A program made the translations under genes and the position numbers. A DNA stretch of 52,306 nucleotides, taken from NCBI RefSeq assembly GCF_004010195.1, contig NW_025215170.1, positions 15,882 to 68,187 of the forward strand, read 5' to 3'. The DNA comes from Chiloscyllium plagiosum (lineage: Eukaryota). The notes beneath the pieces are model-generated. The model was not told where the DNA came from. It worked only from the letters and a program-made list of their open reading frames with translations, and did not search any database. Of this stretch, positions 12,111 through 25,264 are shown piece by piece. Every line of letters begins with the position of its first letter. Positions within the stretch are counted from its first letter, which is position 1.

Positions 12111-12732
12111 GGGGTGCTGTGGAAGTGAAACTCACTGCCAGAGAGAGATGGCGGGGGAATCAGTTTAAATACCAACAAATGGGAGGAGCTTGGTTAAAAA
12201 GCGAGGGGGAGATTGAGAAAGAATTTCAGAGAAGGACCTGATAGTAAGTTTAAAAATTGTGAAATGAAAACATTTCGATAGCATCTTGCAATATAGACCA
12301 CTGTTTCCAGGAATGATGGGTGAGAAGGATATTGGTGTAAGTTAAGATGATGGAGAGTTTTGGATAAGCATTCGTCCTGTAGCTTTGTAACTGGTAGTAG
12401 GATCAGCTGAGTCTTCGACTCACTGGGCTGAATCGAACAATAAGTTGACTCAGTGCCATTTTAATTGACTGTGACAGAAGGAATGTCTGCATGAGGCAGA
12501 GCTAGTTTCCTGGGGTTATCATATCGAACTCACCTCATTTCCGATCCACCCCACCCCATGATGTCCTTCTCATTCAATACCAGCCTGATTCTCCTACGCA
12601 TCATGGCTGGAGGTACACACCATCACCCGGGTATCCCTGGATATTCAGTGATCCCTGGCACTGCTGCCATTTTTAAAAGGCACACGGTTGAGCTTTCTCA
12701 GTTTGGAGCTGCCCTGCATAGTTTACCCGAGC

Positions 12733-12962
12733 ATGGCAAATAAGGGCGAATTACACCAGAGCTTGTCCACAGGGGCACGGAGGTCCTGGCGAATGGTCTA
12801 GTACTGAGGGGGACCATTCTCTTTCCAGAGGGAGCCGCACCACCAGACCCACCGAGCATGGTCTGAGCACACCACCCAGCTCAGTGCAGTACCTGCAGTC
12901 TGAAGAAAAGTCCAGCAATACAGCAAAAGCATCAATAAACTTCCCCGCTCTGTCAGGATAAG
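12733..12962 (+). mobile_element. Frameshifted Myb/SANT-like ORF, probably PIF/Harbinger DNA-transposon remnant
   Basis: Conceptual translation across frameshifts: MANKGEL..EVLANGLVLRGTILFP..PHHQTHRAWSEHTTQLSAVPAV*RKVQQYSKSINKLPRSVR. This fits the W.EIA..V.A....R...QC.KK..DL pattern of Harbinger-associated Myb-like proteins. Confidence 0.55.
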
Positions 12963-14159
12963 GGTCACCAGATTCTCTCCACTCTCTCACACTCACTGTA
13001 TATCTGTTCGTGTTTCCCCAGAATAAGGCTCCATCACTCTCACCACTGCAATGCAGCACCTTCTCTCTCACTCACTTATGCAATACCCCCACATGGTTAT
13101 AAAATGCTCTTATGAGTGCTGTTTCTAGAATTCTCTGGATGATATCGTTTGTACAATGTTCCAGATAATTTTCAAAATAATTCAACTTCAGCAAAATGTT
13201 CATCCTCCAGTATGAACGCATCACAGGAAGGAGCAGAGTTTTACTTTTTTAAAAATCACTCAGGATGAAAGTGCCTCATGAGGCCATTCAGCCTCTCAAA
13301 TATGCTGCACAATTCAGACAATGGGAGCACCTAAACACTTGAATACTCACTCCCTTCGCGAAGACAGGCGCCACATTGGATTTTCACTAGTTTCACTGGA
13401 ACACTCCTGTAATCCCGAGAGTTATGGAATATTTCACACAGTGCCACCAGTCACTCTGTAACCACTTCTTTTAAAACAAGCTATGAATTGCTGATGAGTA
13501 GTTTACCCCTGGTCTTTTGTGTTTGAGAAAAGCCTTGTTTGTTTTGTTAGAGACAATGCCAAACTTTCATCTGACGACAATTTTGTTTATAATGTTGAAA
13601 CTCTTTGTGCCTTCCCCTGTGAGGAACGATGTAAAATACTATTTTAAATTCTCTGCCTGCTCCCTGAAACCAGTTGCCAAGTCACATCCTCCAGGTGTCC
13701 CACATATTCTTTCCTGCCTTTCTTCCAAGGGTCACACACATGTCGTGAACGTCTTTTATTCGATATGGGAAAACTCTTGCGGTTAGTTTCTTTTCATATT
13801 TATTGCCAGTTTTGGAATACTTTACTTTGTGTTTTGTTTTGTACAGTCTGCTTCTGGTTCCAAAAGTAAACTTCCCAAATGTGGCCGACGTTAGAGGTCC
13901 CGAATCTGAATTCTTCAGTTTGTGATTGATTAGTATCCTTCACAGTCTTTGTGCATCATGGGTGGTTCATCTTCATACCATCATCTTTTTGACCAGGGCC
14001 AATCATTATTGAGCGTTATTAAGCAGTACCTGCTTAAATGTCCCCCCACGACACACACACATCTGCTGACCTTCACCTATGTCTATTTTCACACTCCGTA
14101 TTTGACCAGATATATGACATAAATCTGTATTTGAAATTCCTGGCTCTTTTCAATCATTC

Positions 14160-14845
14160 AGCGGGAACCTACGTATGTGGCTGAACGCATGATCAGCTGA
14201 GGGTGACTCCATTCCCCCAGTTTCCCTGCCTCTGTCATTTCTGTTCGATGATGCCACATTCCCTTGGGAAGCTTTCTGCATGTCATCCTTTTCTCTCAAA
14301 CGAGAAAACCCCTCACTCTGATGGACTGAGCTTTCAGCTGTGACTGTCCCGTCTCCCTCACTCCGTCGCCTCCCTCACAGAACAGTGATAGATCTCCCTT
14401 CGTCCTCACTTCCTACTGCACTATAATCTGCATTCGTAGAATCATCCTCCACCGCTTCCCCCACCTCCAGCAGGACAGCACCATCAAACACACCTTCGCC
14501 TCCCGTCCAATGTCAGTATTTCACAGGGACCACTCCTTCTTTGGCACGCTCCATTATCCCGAACACTTCGCAACATCCCCATGGCCCCTTCCCATGCAAA
14601 TGCAGAAGCTGCAACATTTGCCCAATCATCTCTTCCCCCCTCACTGTCCAAGGCCCTAAACATACGTTCCAGGTGAAGCAGCATTTCACTTGTACACTTC
14701 CAATCCAGTCTTCAGTCATTGCTGCTCACAATGCAGTCTCCTTTACATTAGTGAGCCAAACAAAATCTGTTTTGAGGAACATCTGCACTCTGTCTGTCGG
14801 AATGACCCTGACCTTCCCATTTCAATAACCTACATTGCTCTCAAG
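14160..14845 (+). mobile_element. Penelope-like element remnant (GIY-YIG endonuclease region), 5' part of copy A
   Basis: HGPFPCKCRSCNICP..GPKHTFQVKQHFTCT Cys-rich linker preceding the GIY-YIG domain; resumes at ~21955. Confidence 0.8.
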
Positions 14846-15663
14846 ATAATGAGAATTCTTTGAGGAGGTAACGACGGGTTGGACCAGAGAGAGTCACCTA
14901 TCTGAACTTCCAGAAGGCCTCTGATATGGTACCGCACAGGAGGCTGCAGAGTAAGATAGGGAACCATGGTGTCAGAGGCCAGGTACTAGCGTGGATAAAA
15001 GGTTGGCTCTCGGGCAGGATGCAGATTGAGGATAAAATTGTCCATCTCAGGACGGCAGCCAGTGACTAGCAGTGTTCCACAACACTCNNNNNNNNNNNNN
15101 NNNNNNNNNNNNNNNNNNNNNNTACTAAATGCGGGAAAAAAATCAGAAATCTGAGTAACAAAGGGACTTGGGATTCTAAGCCCAGGATTCGCCTTAGATA
15201 AACTTGGAGGTTGAGTCAGTAGTTAAGAAGGTAAATATAATGTTGTCATTCATCACGAGAGGAGTAGGATATAATGGCGGGGATTCTGAGGCTTTTTAAG
15301 GCTCTGGTCAGACCACATTTCCAGTATTTTGCACCTCATACCTCAGAAAGGATGCATTAGCCTTGGTGTATGTCAAGAGAAGGTTCACGAGAAATGAAAA
15401 GCTTAAGACATGAGGAATTTTGGAGGACTCTGGGTTTATACGCGATGGACATTAGAAGGATGAGGGGTGTCCAATTTAAACTTACAGAATACTGAATGAC
15501 CTGGATACAGACAAAATTGGGAGGACGTTTACACTGGTAGGAGGGCACAGGCTTAGAGCAAAGGGAACCCCATTAGAACGGAGATAAGATGAAACGTCTT
15601 TAGCCAGAGAGTCGTGAAATTGTGGAATTCCTTACCACAGAAGGATGTGGAAACCAGATCATT
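14846..15663 (+). mobile_element. CR1 LINE (outer element of nest), 5' part; spans N-gap 15088-15122
   Basis: EFFEEVT..LNFQKASDMVPHRRL motif; later ccagagagtcgtgaaattgtggaattcc; its 3' end resumes at ~21486. Confidence 0.8.
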
Positions 15664-17699
15664 TGGCACCAACGATATAGCCAGCAAAGGGACTGGGGAT
15701 CTGAAAAGTGACTACAGAGAGTTAGTTTGGAAGCTGAAGAGCAGGACAAGTAGAGTAGTGCTCTTAGGTTTGTTACCTGTGCCACGAGCTAGTGAGATGA
15801 AGGACGGGTTGTACCTAAACTGGAGGAGCACAAATGTCCTGTTTGGGAGGTTTGCTCGTGTGATTCAGATGCGTTTAAACTAGATTGGAAGGGGGGTAGG
15901 AATCAGACCATATGTCTGAAAGGGGGTTAGTTGCAGATGGGGCAGTGACAAGATGTATTGATCTATCAAGAAGGTTTCTCACGCGATGAAACAAAGGGAA
16001 CGTTTAAAGTGTGTCTGCTTTAATGCAAGGAATGACCAAAATAAGAGTGATGAACTTAGAGCATGGATCAGTACTTGGGGCTACGATGTCGTGGCCATAA
16101 CAGAGACGTAGGTTTCACAGGCAGGGACGATTGTTTGATGTTCCATGGTTTAGAACGTTTAAAAATATTTTGGGGTGACTCAGTGGTTAGCACTGTTGCC
16201 TCACAGCGTCAGAGACCCGGGTTCAATTCCCACCTCAGGAAACAGACTGAGTGGAGTTTGCAAATTTTCCTGTGGGTTCTCTTCGGGTGTTCTGGTTCCC
16301 TCGCATAATCCAAAGATGTGCAGCTTAGGTGAATTGTCCATGCTAAATTGCCTGTAGTGTTACATGAAGGGGTAAAAGTAAGGGAATGGTTCTGGGTGAT
16401 TTTGTGTGGACTTTCTGGGCCGAAGGGCCTGTTTCCAAACTGTAAGTAATCGAAAAAGGAACAGGGTGGGTGGAAAATGAGGAGGGGGTGTAGCATTGCT
16501 AATCAGAGAGTGCGTCACAGCAACAGAAACGAAGGTTGTTGAGGAAGGTTTGTCTACTCTGTCCATATGAGTGGAAGTTAGGAACAGCAAGGAAATAGTC
16601 ACCGCATTTGGGTGTTTTCTACAGACAAACTAACAGCAGTAGAGGGATTGAAGATCTCATAGGCAGGCAGGTTCTGGAAAAAAAATACAAAAGTAGCAGG
16701 GTTATTGTTGTGGGTAATTTCAACTTTTCCAATATTGAATGGGACCTCCTAAGTGCAGATGGTGTGGATTAAGCCGTTTTTGTCAGGTGTGTTCAAGAGG
16801 GTTTCCTTGCTCAGTATGTAGACAGACCAACGAGGGGAGAGGCCATTTTGGATTTGGTGCTCGGCAACGAGCCAGGACAGGTGTCAGAACTCACGGTAGA
16901 AGAGCACTTTGGTGAAAGTGATCACAACTGCCTCACATGTAGCATAGTCTGGGAGAGTGAAAGGAACAGTTTCCGAGGGAAAATATTTAATTGAGGAAAA
17001 GGAAATTATGATGCTATCAGACAGGACGTGGGAAGTACAGACTGGGAGCAATTGTTCCACAGAAAGGGCACAGCAGACATGTGGAGACTGTTTAAGGAGC
17101 AGTTGTTGTGAATGATACACAAATTTGTTCCTCTGAGACAGGTAAGAAAGTGTAAGGTAAAGGAACCTTGGATGACGAGAACAGAGGAACTTATCGTCAA
17201 AAGGAAGCAGGCAGCTCACGTAAGATGGAGGAAGCAAGGATCTAACACAGCTTTAGAGGATTGCAGGCTTGCTAGAAAGGAGCTCAGAAATGGACTGAGG
17301 AGAGCCTGGAGGGGGCACGAAAAAGACTTGGCAGGAAGGATTTGGTAGAACCCAAAGGCATTTTACTCCAACGTGAGGAATAAGGGAATAATCAGGGAGA
17401 AGGTAGGGCCGATCAGGGATAGCGTAGGGAACTTATGCGTGGAATCTCAGCAGATAGGGGAAGCCCTAAATGAGTTTTGTTTTGCTTCGATTTTCACCAA
17501 GGAAAGGGAACTTGTTGAAAATGAAAATTTAGAAGAGCAGGGACAGATCAATCTTGACCAGGTCAAGATTAATGAAGTTGATGTGCTAGAAATTTTGGAA
17601 AACATTAATATGGATACGTCCCCAGGGCCAGACCAGATTTATCCTAGACTGCTCCAGGAAGCGGGAAAGGAGGTTGCTAAACCGCTGCCGAGGATATTT
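15664..17699 (+). mobile_element. CR1 LINE (middle element): ORF1 SGNH/esterase C-terminus + ORF2 APE endonuclease
   Basis: ORF1-like GTNDIASK..LKSRTSRVVLLGLLPVPRASE..DGLYLNWRSTNVLFGRFA; ORF2 LKCVCFNARN..YDVVAITET, PTRGEAILDLVLGNEPGQV and SPGPDQIYPRLL. Confidence 0.88.
16172..16455 (+). mobile_element. HE1-type SINE inserted in CR1 endonuclease region
   Basis: GGTGACTCAGTGGTTAGCACTGTTGCCTCACAGCG, B-box GGTTCAATTCC, tail GGGCCGAAGGGCCTGTTTCC. Confidence 0.9.
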
Positions 17700-20030
17700 A
17701 GAACATAGAACATAGAACAGTACAGCACAGTACAGAACAGGCCCTTCAGCCCACGATGTTGTGCCGACCGCTGATCCTCATGTATGCACCCTCAAATTTA
17801 TGAGACCATATGCATGTCCAGTAGTCTCTCAAATGTCCCCAATGACCTTGCTTCCACAACTGCTGCTGGTAACGCATTCCGTGCTCTCACAACTCTCTGT
17901 GTAAAGAACCCGCCTCTGACATTTCCTCTATACTTTCCTCCAACCAGTTTAAAACTATGACCCCTCGTGTTAGTCATTTCTGCCCTTGGAAATAGTCTCT
18001 GGCTATCGAATCTATCTATGCCTCTCATTATCTTGTATACCTCAATTAGGTCCCCTCCCCTCCTCCTTTTCTCCAATGAAAAAGGTCCGAGCTCAGTCAA
18101 CCTCTCCTCATACGATAAGCCCTCAGTCCAGGCAGCATCCTGGTAAACCTCCTCTGAACCCTTTCCAAAGCATCCACATCTTTCCTATAACAGGGTGACC
18201 AGAACTGGACGCAGTATTCCAAGTGCGTTCTAACCAAAGTTTTATAGAGCTGCAACAAGATCTCATGACTCTTAAACCCAATCCCCCTGTTAATGAAAGC
18301 CAAAACACCATTTAATTTCTTAACAACCCCGTCCACTTGGGTGGCCACTTTAAGGGATCTATGTACCTGCACACCAAGATCCCTCTGTTCCTCTATAATG
18401 CCAAGAACCCTATCCTTAATCCTGTACTCAGCTTTCAATTTCAACCTTCCAAAATGCATCACCTCGCATTTATCCAGGTTGAACTCCATCTGCCACATCT
18501 CAGCCCATCTCTGCATCCTGTCAATGTCCCGCTGCAGCCTACAACAGCCTTCTATACTGTCAACGACACTTCCAACCTTTGTTTCGTCTGCAAACTTGCT
18601 GACTCATCCTTCAATCCCCTCATACAAGTCATTAATTAAAATGACAAACAATGGAGACCCAAGGACGGAGCTCTGTGGAACACCACTCACCAATGACTTC
18701 CAGGCAGAATATTTTCCTTCTACTACCACTCGCTGTTTTCTGTAGGCCAGCCAATTCTGTATCCGGACAGTTAAGTTCCCCTGTATCCCATTCCTCCTGA
18801 ACTTCTGAATGAGCCTACCATGGGGAATCTTATCAAATGCCTTGCTGAAGTCCATATACACCACATCCACAGCTCGACTCTTAACAACGTTTCTAGTCGC
18901 ATCCTCAAATAACTCGATAAGGTTCGTGAGGCATGACCTGCCCCTCACAAAACCGTGTTGACTGCATTTAATCAAGCCATACTCTTCCAGATGGTCATAA
19001 ATCCTATCCCTCAGAATTCTTTCTAACACCTTGCAGACGACAGACGTGAGACGTACTGACCTGTAATTGCCTGGGATTTCCCTATTTCCTTTCTTGAAGA
19101 GAGAAATTACATTTGCCTCTCTCTCGTCCTCAGGTACGACTCCAGTGGAGAGCGAGGATGCAAAGATCTTCGCAAGTGGTGAACCAATTGCATGTCTCGT
19201 TTGCCAAAGCAGCCGAGGACAAATCTGGTCCGGGCCTGGCAACTTATCAATCTTAATCTTTGACAAAATTTTCAGCACATCAGCTTCCTCTATCTCTATC
19301 CATTCCAGCATGCACACCTGCTCTTCAAAGGTTTCATTCACAACAAATTTCGTTTCTTTCGTGAAGACAGAAGCAAAAAACTCATTTAGGGCTTCCCCTA
19401 CCTCCTCAGACTCCACACACAAATTCCCTATGCTATCCCTGATCGGCCCTACTCTTTCTTTGACCATTCTCTTATTCCTCACATAAGTGTAAAATGCCTT
19501 TGTGTTCTCCCTAATCCGTTCTGCCAAGCCTTTCTCGTGCCCCCGCCTGGCTCTCCTCCGACCATTTTTGAGCTCCTTCCTCGCCTGCCTGTAACCATCT
19601 AGAGGGGAGCTCGACCCTAGCCTCCTCCACCTTATGTAAGCTACCTTTTTTCCTTTTGACGAGAAGCTTCTCTGCTCTCGTTAACCAAGGTTCCTTTATC
19701 ATACCACTTCTTGTCTGTCTCAGAGGGACATATTTATTTATCACTTGCAACAATGTTCCTTAAACAGTCTCCACATGTCTATAGTGCCTTTACATGGAAC
19801 AATTGCTCCCAATCCATGCTTCCTAACTCATGTCTAATCATACTTTCCTCTTCCCCAATTACATATCCTCCCATTTTGCCTCATCCTCTCTTTCTCCATA
19901 GCTATGTAGAATGTAAGGCAGTTCCGGTCACTATCACCAAAATGTTCTCCCACCACAAGGTCTGATACCTGCCCCGGCTCGTTACCGAGCACCAAGTCTA
20001 GAATGGCCTCTCCCCTCGTCGGCCTCCTCA
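17700..20030 (-). mobile_element. Young 5'-truncated CR1/HER1 LINE inserted in inverted orientation
   Basis: 307-aa and 139-aa ORF2 pieces (YMDFSKAFDKIPH, VPQSSVLGSPLFVILINDL, MEFNLDKCEVMHFG) and (TTCTATG)n tail at 17700-17720. Confidence 0.95.
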
Positions 20031-21485
20031 CTCTCCACAGGAGTCGTACCGGAGGATTGGAAGGAGGCGAATGTTGTTCCTTATTTCAAGAAGAAATCCC
20101 TGGCGATTAGAGATCAGTCAGTCTTACGTCTGTGGTCAGCAAAGTTTGGAAAAAATTCTGAGGGATAGGATTTATGACTATTTGGCAAAGCATTGTGTGA
20201 TTAAAGGCAGTTAGCATGGTTTTGTGAGGGCAGGTCATGCCTCAAAAATCTTATTGATTTCTTTGAGGAGGTGTCAAGACAGGTCGACGATGGTCGAGCA
20301 GTGGATGAGGTGCATGTGGTCTTCAGCAAGACATTTGATAGGGTTCCCCATGGAAGGCTCATTCATAAAGTCAAGAAGTATGGGATACAGGTAGATTTGG
20401 CTATATGGATTCAGAATTGGCTGGCTGGCAGAAGGCAGAGAGTGGTTGGAGATGGAAAGTATTCTGCTTGTAGGACAGTGTTGTGTGGGATCCCACAGGG
20501 CTGTGTTCTTGGGCCTCTGCTCTTTGTAGTTTTTATGAATGACTTGGATGAGAAGGTTGTGGGTTGGATTAGTAAATTGGCTGATGACACAAAGGTTGGA
20601 GGTGTCGTCGATAGTATAAAGGGTACTGTAGGCTGCAGCATGACATAGACAGGATGCAGAGCTGGGCTTAGAAATGGCAGATGGAATTCAACCTGTATAA
20701 ATGCGAAGTGATGCATTTTGGAAGGTCAAATTCGAATCCTGAATACAGCATTAAATACAGGATTCTTGGCAGTATTTTGGATCAGAGTGATCTGGTGTGC
20801 GAGTGCATAGATCACTCAAAGTTGCCAAACAAGTGGATAATATGTCAAGAAAGCATATGGTGTTTTGACTTTCATTAACAGGGGGATCGAGTTTAATAGC
20901 CGTAAAGTTTTGCTGCAGCTCTACAAGTCCCTGGTGAGACCACACTAGGAATATTTCATGCAGTTGTGGTCGACCTACTAGAGGAAAGACACAGAGGCTT
21001 TGGAGAATGTGCAAAGAAGGTTTACCAGGATGCTGCCTGGACTGGAGGTCTTGCTTTATGAAGAAAGATTGAACAAGCTTGGACCTTTCTCTCCGGAGAC
21101 AAGGAGGAGAGAGGAGACCTGATCGAGGTGTACAAAATAATGAGAGGAATAGATAGAGTCAATACCCAGAGACTTTTCCCCAGTGCAGGATTGACTAGTA
21201 CAAGAAGTCATAGTTTGAAGGTAGTAGGAGGAAGGTATAAGGGAGACGTCAGAGGTAGGTTCTTTACGCAGAGAGTTGTGAATGCATGGAATGCGCTGCC
21301 AGCTCTGGTGGTGGAAACAGAGTCATTGGGGACGTTTAAGCGACTGTTGGACATGCACATGGATAGCAGTGAGTTGAGGGTTGCGTAGGTTAAATTATTA
21401 TAAATACATTAGGATTAAATCTCGCGACAACATCGTTTGCCAAAGGGCCTGTTCTGTGCTATACTTTTCTATGTTCAATGTTCTA
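20031..21485 (+). mobile_element. CR1 LINE (middle element), RT and 3' end
   Basis: Resumes at (IF)ASSLSTGVVPEDW; GIPQGCVLGPLLFVVFMNDL and KLADDTKVGG; tail ttctatgttcaatgttct. Confidence 0.92.
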
Positions 21486-21650
21486 TTTAGTATATTTAAA
21501 ACAGAGACAGATAAGTTCTTGATTGACAAGGGGCTCAAAGGTTACTGAGAGGAAGCCGGGAAATATGGTTGAAAATCTATCAGTCGTGATCGAACGGCAA
21601 AGCACAGTTGATGGTGCACATGGTTCATTTCTGCTCGTATAGTCTTGTGG
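21486..21650 (+). mobile_element. CR1 LINE (outer element) 3' end
   Basis: tatatttaaaacagagacagataagttcttgatt.. is the expected continuation of ..gtggaaaccagatcattt at 15663. Confidence 0.7.
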
Positions 21651-21654
21651 CCTG

Positions 21655-21945
21655 GATGGCACGGTGTCTCCGTGGTTTGCACTGCTGCCTCACAGCATCA
21701 GGGAACTGGGTTCGATTTCCTCTGGGTGTACTAGTTTCTTGTCACAGTTCAAGGTTGTGCAGGTTAGGTGAACTGGCCATGCTGAATTGCCGATTGTGTT
21801 CAGGGATGTTGATAATAGGAGCAATAATTAAGGGTGTATATATATAGTATTAGGGTGGAGAATGGGATTGGTTTGCATACTCTTTGGAGTGTCAGTATAA
21901 ACCTGTTGGTCTGAAGGGCCTGTTTCCACACTATAGGCATTCTAA
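21655..21945 (+). mobile_element. HE1-type SINE
   Basis: GGCACGGTG..GCACTGCTGCCTCACAGC, GGTTCGATTTCC, GAAGGGCCTGTTTCCACACT tail. Confidence 0.85.
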
Positions 21946-21954
21946 CAAAATGCA

Positions 21955-22600
21955 GGTTGCTGCAATGTTCCAATGAAGCGCAACCCAAGCTCGAGCAACA
22001 CCTCACTTTACACTTTGGTACGTTACAGTCTGTAGGAGTTAATATTCAATTCCATAAATTCGCAGTCTGAACCCATTATGGCTGTTCTCCATTTTCCGTA
22101 CACGCTCCCTCCTGGGCTCCCTAAGTTCGTGTCTTGTTTTGTTCCATTCAACAAAGAAAATCAATTTCTAATATTTGCACATTAATTTACATCCATTATA
22201 TATCTGTGTCTCTTTCAACACAATTTCAAGCCCATTTGCCTTTCACACTGGGCCTCCAAACACTCTTTCCCGCCTCTGCCAAGATACTAAAGCGCTCACT
22301 TTTTAATCCTTTACACGTCTGAAGAAGATTTCCACTGGACTTGAAACATTAACATTGTTTCTCTGTCTCTGCAGATGTTGCCAGACCCCTGAGTTCCTTC
22401 AAAAATGAAAAGCTACGGAATACATTTTCAATAGAGCAAAGATTATTGAATTCAGGAAATCTGAAACAAAAACAAAAATTGTTGGACTTACTGGGTGCTT
22501 TGAGCAACAGTCACAGAACCCGAAAGATTAACTCTGCTTTCACTGCACAGATGCTGTCAGACTTGTCAGTGTCTTCAGCAATTTCTGGTTTTGAACAATT
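21955..22600 (+). mobile_element. Penelope-like element 3' part (copy A) with decayed hammerhead-type termini
   Basis: gctgcaatgttcca..caacccaagctcgag matches 26003-26040; CTGAAGA..GAAACATT at 22319-22350. Confidence 0.7.
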
Positions 22601-22692
22601 TCAAACATATGTGTCAAAGCTGCTCACACGCCCTGTCCAACATGGAGCGCCACACACCGGGAAGTGAATGATAATGTAAGATATACAAATTC

Positions 22693-22884
22693 TTACAGTG
22701 CCAGAGAGTGGTGGGGGCATGGAATGCGCTGCCTGTGGGAGTGGCAGAGTCAGAATCATTGGCGAACTTTAAGTGGCAATTGGATAGGTACATGGATGGG
22801 TGCTTAAGCTAGGACAAATGTTCGGCACAACATCCTGGGCCGAAGGGCCTGTTCTGTGCTGTATTGTTCTATGTTCTATGTTCT
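22693..22884 (+). mobile_element. Short CR1 3'-end insertion with target-site duplication
   Basis: (TTCTATG)n tail; flanked by AAATTC direct repeats (22687-22692, 22885-22890); absent from the paralogous site near 26737. Confidence 0.85.
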
Positions 22885-23889
22885 AAATTCATTTGCTCTG
22901 AACCTACATAAGGCTGTCATCACCGACACTACAGAGCTCTTAATCATGGTCATGGAGAGAAACAGGGAAACACCGTCGCTTTAAACAGAAGATGGTATTA
23001 CCGGAGAGGAAGAGATTCAGGTGAAAACGTTAAATGCTTTTGAGGAATGCGACAAATTGGAGGCATGGCATCATGAAGATACCCAAACAGGATGAGAATT
23101 TCTTAAAAAAGGAAGCGTTCCTACATCAGAAACCTGGATCGGGCACTGTGTTCAGGGGAGAAGGGTGACCGGGTCCCCGTGTGAATCAGGACAGGCAGCA
23201 GAATTGTGTTGCAGATATTGCAGCTCAAACTGGGCATTCATGTGATGCTGCACATCATAGCAGCTGTAGTATCAGCAGCAGCAGAAGTCGAATTATATTC
23301 AACCACAATATAATCTCTCAGTCTACCATTACCATGAAGCCGATCTCCGCTTCAGTGATGAGTGAGGGTGAACATGCCACGGTCAGGACCGTGTGTACAT
23401 AATCGTGATGACAACCCATTCAAGCTACCGCACTTTCTGCTTCAATTAACAAACAGCAGAATTAACATCTGATAGAGAGGGCGCCATGACCCCAAGACCG
23501 TGACTACTTCTTTTAAAACCAGCTATGAATTACTGCTGGCCTGCCTACTCTTACTCTTACCTGTTAGAAAAATCCTTGTTCCTTTTGTTAGAGACGGTTC
23601 AAGAACTTCCCTCCTATAACATTTTGTTTACATCATTGAAATACTTACTGTACCTTCCCCTGTGAGGAATGATGCAAAACATGGGTGTAAATTATCTGTC
23701 TGCTCCCTGTAGCCAATTCTTCAGTCACACCCTCCAATCATCCTCAGTATACTTTCCTAATTAATTTCACCTAAGATCACACACTCATCTTGAACTTTTT
23801 TTTATATGCTCGGAAAAGCTCGTGCTGCTTGTTTTTGTATTTCTTGCCAATTTACTACATCATGTCTTTTCTCCCCTTTTCCTCGCTTT

Positions 23890-24290
23890 CTAGATTCAGA
23901 GAGTCATATAGAGCACAAACAGACCCTTTGTTCCAACTTGTCCATGCTGACCAGGTTTTCCAAACTAAACTAGTCCCATCTGATTGCATTTTTTCCATAT
24001 GCCTCTAAACTTTTCCCATTCATATGTTTGTCCTAATGAGTTTTAAATGTTGTAGCTGTACTTGTATCTCCCACTCTTCCTCTGAAAGCTCATTCCATAT
24101 ACACACATCACCCTCTGTGTGAAAACATTGACTCTTTGTCCATTTCGAATCTCCCCTCTTTCAACTTAAACCTATGCCCTCTATGGTTGAACTCCCCCAC
24201 CCCGTGGAAAAGACCTTGACTGGTCACTCTATTCATACCTCTCATGATGTTATAAACTTCTACAATATCATCCCTCAACCTCCTACACGC
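23890..24290 (-). mobile_element. CR1 LINE 3' fragment
   Basis: Reverse complement shows gaagtttataacatcatgagagg, ttttcacacagagggtgatg and a gggtctgttt..tatatgactct tail. Confidence 0.75.
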
Positions 24291-25264
24291 TATCTGACAT
24301 CAGCTTCACGAACAAGCATTTAAAGATAAGCACTGCAAATTTGAAACAGTATTCAAATGACAGGTAAATGACACTTAGCCCAAGCTTCATACTGTGATTT
24401 GTTTTTTCTCCATGTTATAATACTAAGGCAGCAGGAAACTGTTACGAGTACCAATAAGAGGTCAAACACATGAATTGCTTTGTCCAAATGGGGCGATGAT
24501 CTCGACAGTGAAAGCACATCACTGGCCTGAACCATGTAAGAAGGGGAATTCTTGTACCACACGGTCAGTGTGCAGTTGTTTTTAGCAGAGTGAGATGAAG
24601 GCTGAGTATACCTTTTGAAAGTTGGATCACAGTGTGAATTCAGTGGAAAGGGGGAGAGGTGTTTTCAATAAGGTTTACTCAAAGAAGGAAACTTTCCGGA
24701 GTGAGATGTGTGGGAGGTGTAAAGCAGCATGAATGGAGAGGCCGAGCCACACTGAGACCAAAGACAAAGTGACGGCACTAATCGCAGCTTGATGTTACTG
24801 AAGAGTAGGTAGACTTGATCAAGGAGATTCAGGTGAAGTGATGAGGGACCATAATGTAAGAGAATGTACTCTATAATTTGAGAGGGAGAACCTGGAATCA
24901 CGAAGGGGACACGAACAGGGAAGAGGATGGAGCAGCAATGGCAGCAGTTTCTGGGGGGAATTCAGGAAGCACAGCTGAAATTCATGCCTAGCATCTGCTT
25001 CTGGTCCCTGAAATAAACATCCTAAATCTGGACCTCCACTAATGCTCATCAATAGTATCCTTGAGAGCCTTTGTCAACCATGGTTGCTTCATCTTCTTAT
25101 CGAGTTCTGCTTTTTGAACATAAACAATAATTACTGAGCGGTTTGGGATATCTGTTTGAATGTCTGCTCACGTATAGTCACTGGTCTTCCTCTGGGTCTA
25201 TTTTCACATTCCGCTTCAGACCAGATGTGAGGCAGAAATCCTCAAATTAGATGCCTGGTTCTTT

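Noticed and set aside
18604..19527. 307-aa ORF as a host gene or active reverse transcriptase
   Set aside because: Part of a 5'-truncated CR1 ORF2 with stops and frameshifts on both sides.
24540..25000. Possible L2-type endonuclease fragment on the minus strand
   Set aside because: Too decayed to give a defensible motif by eye.
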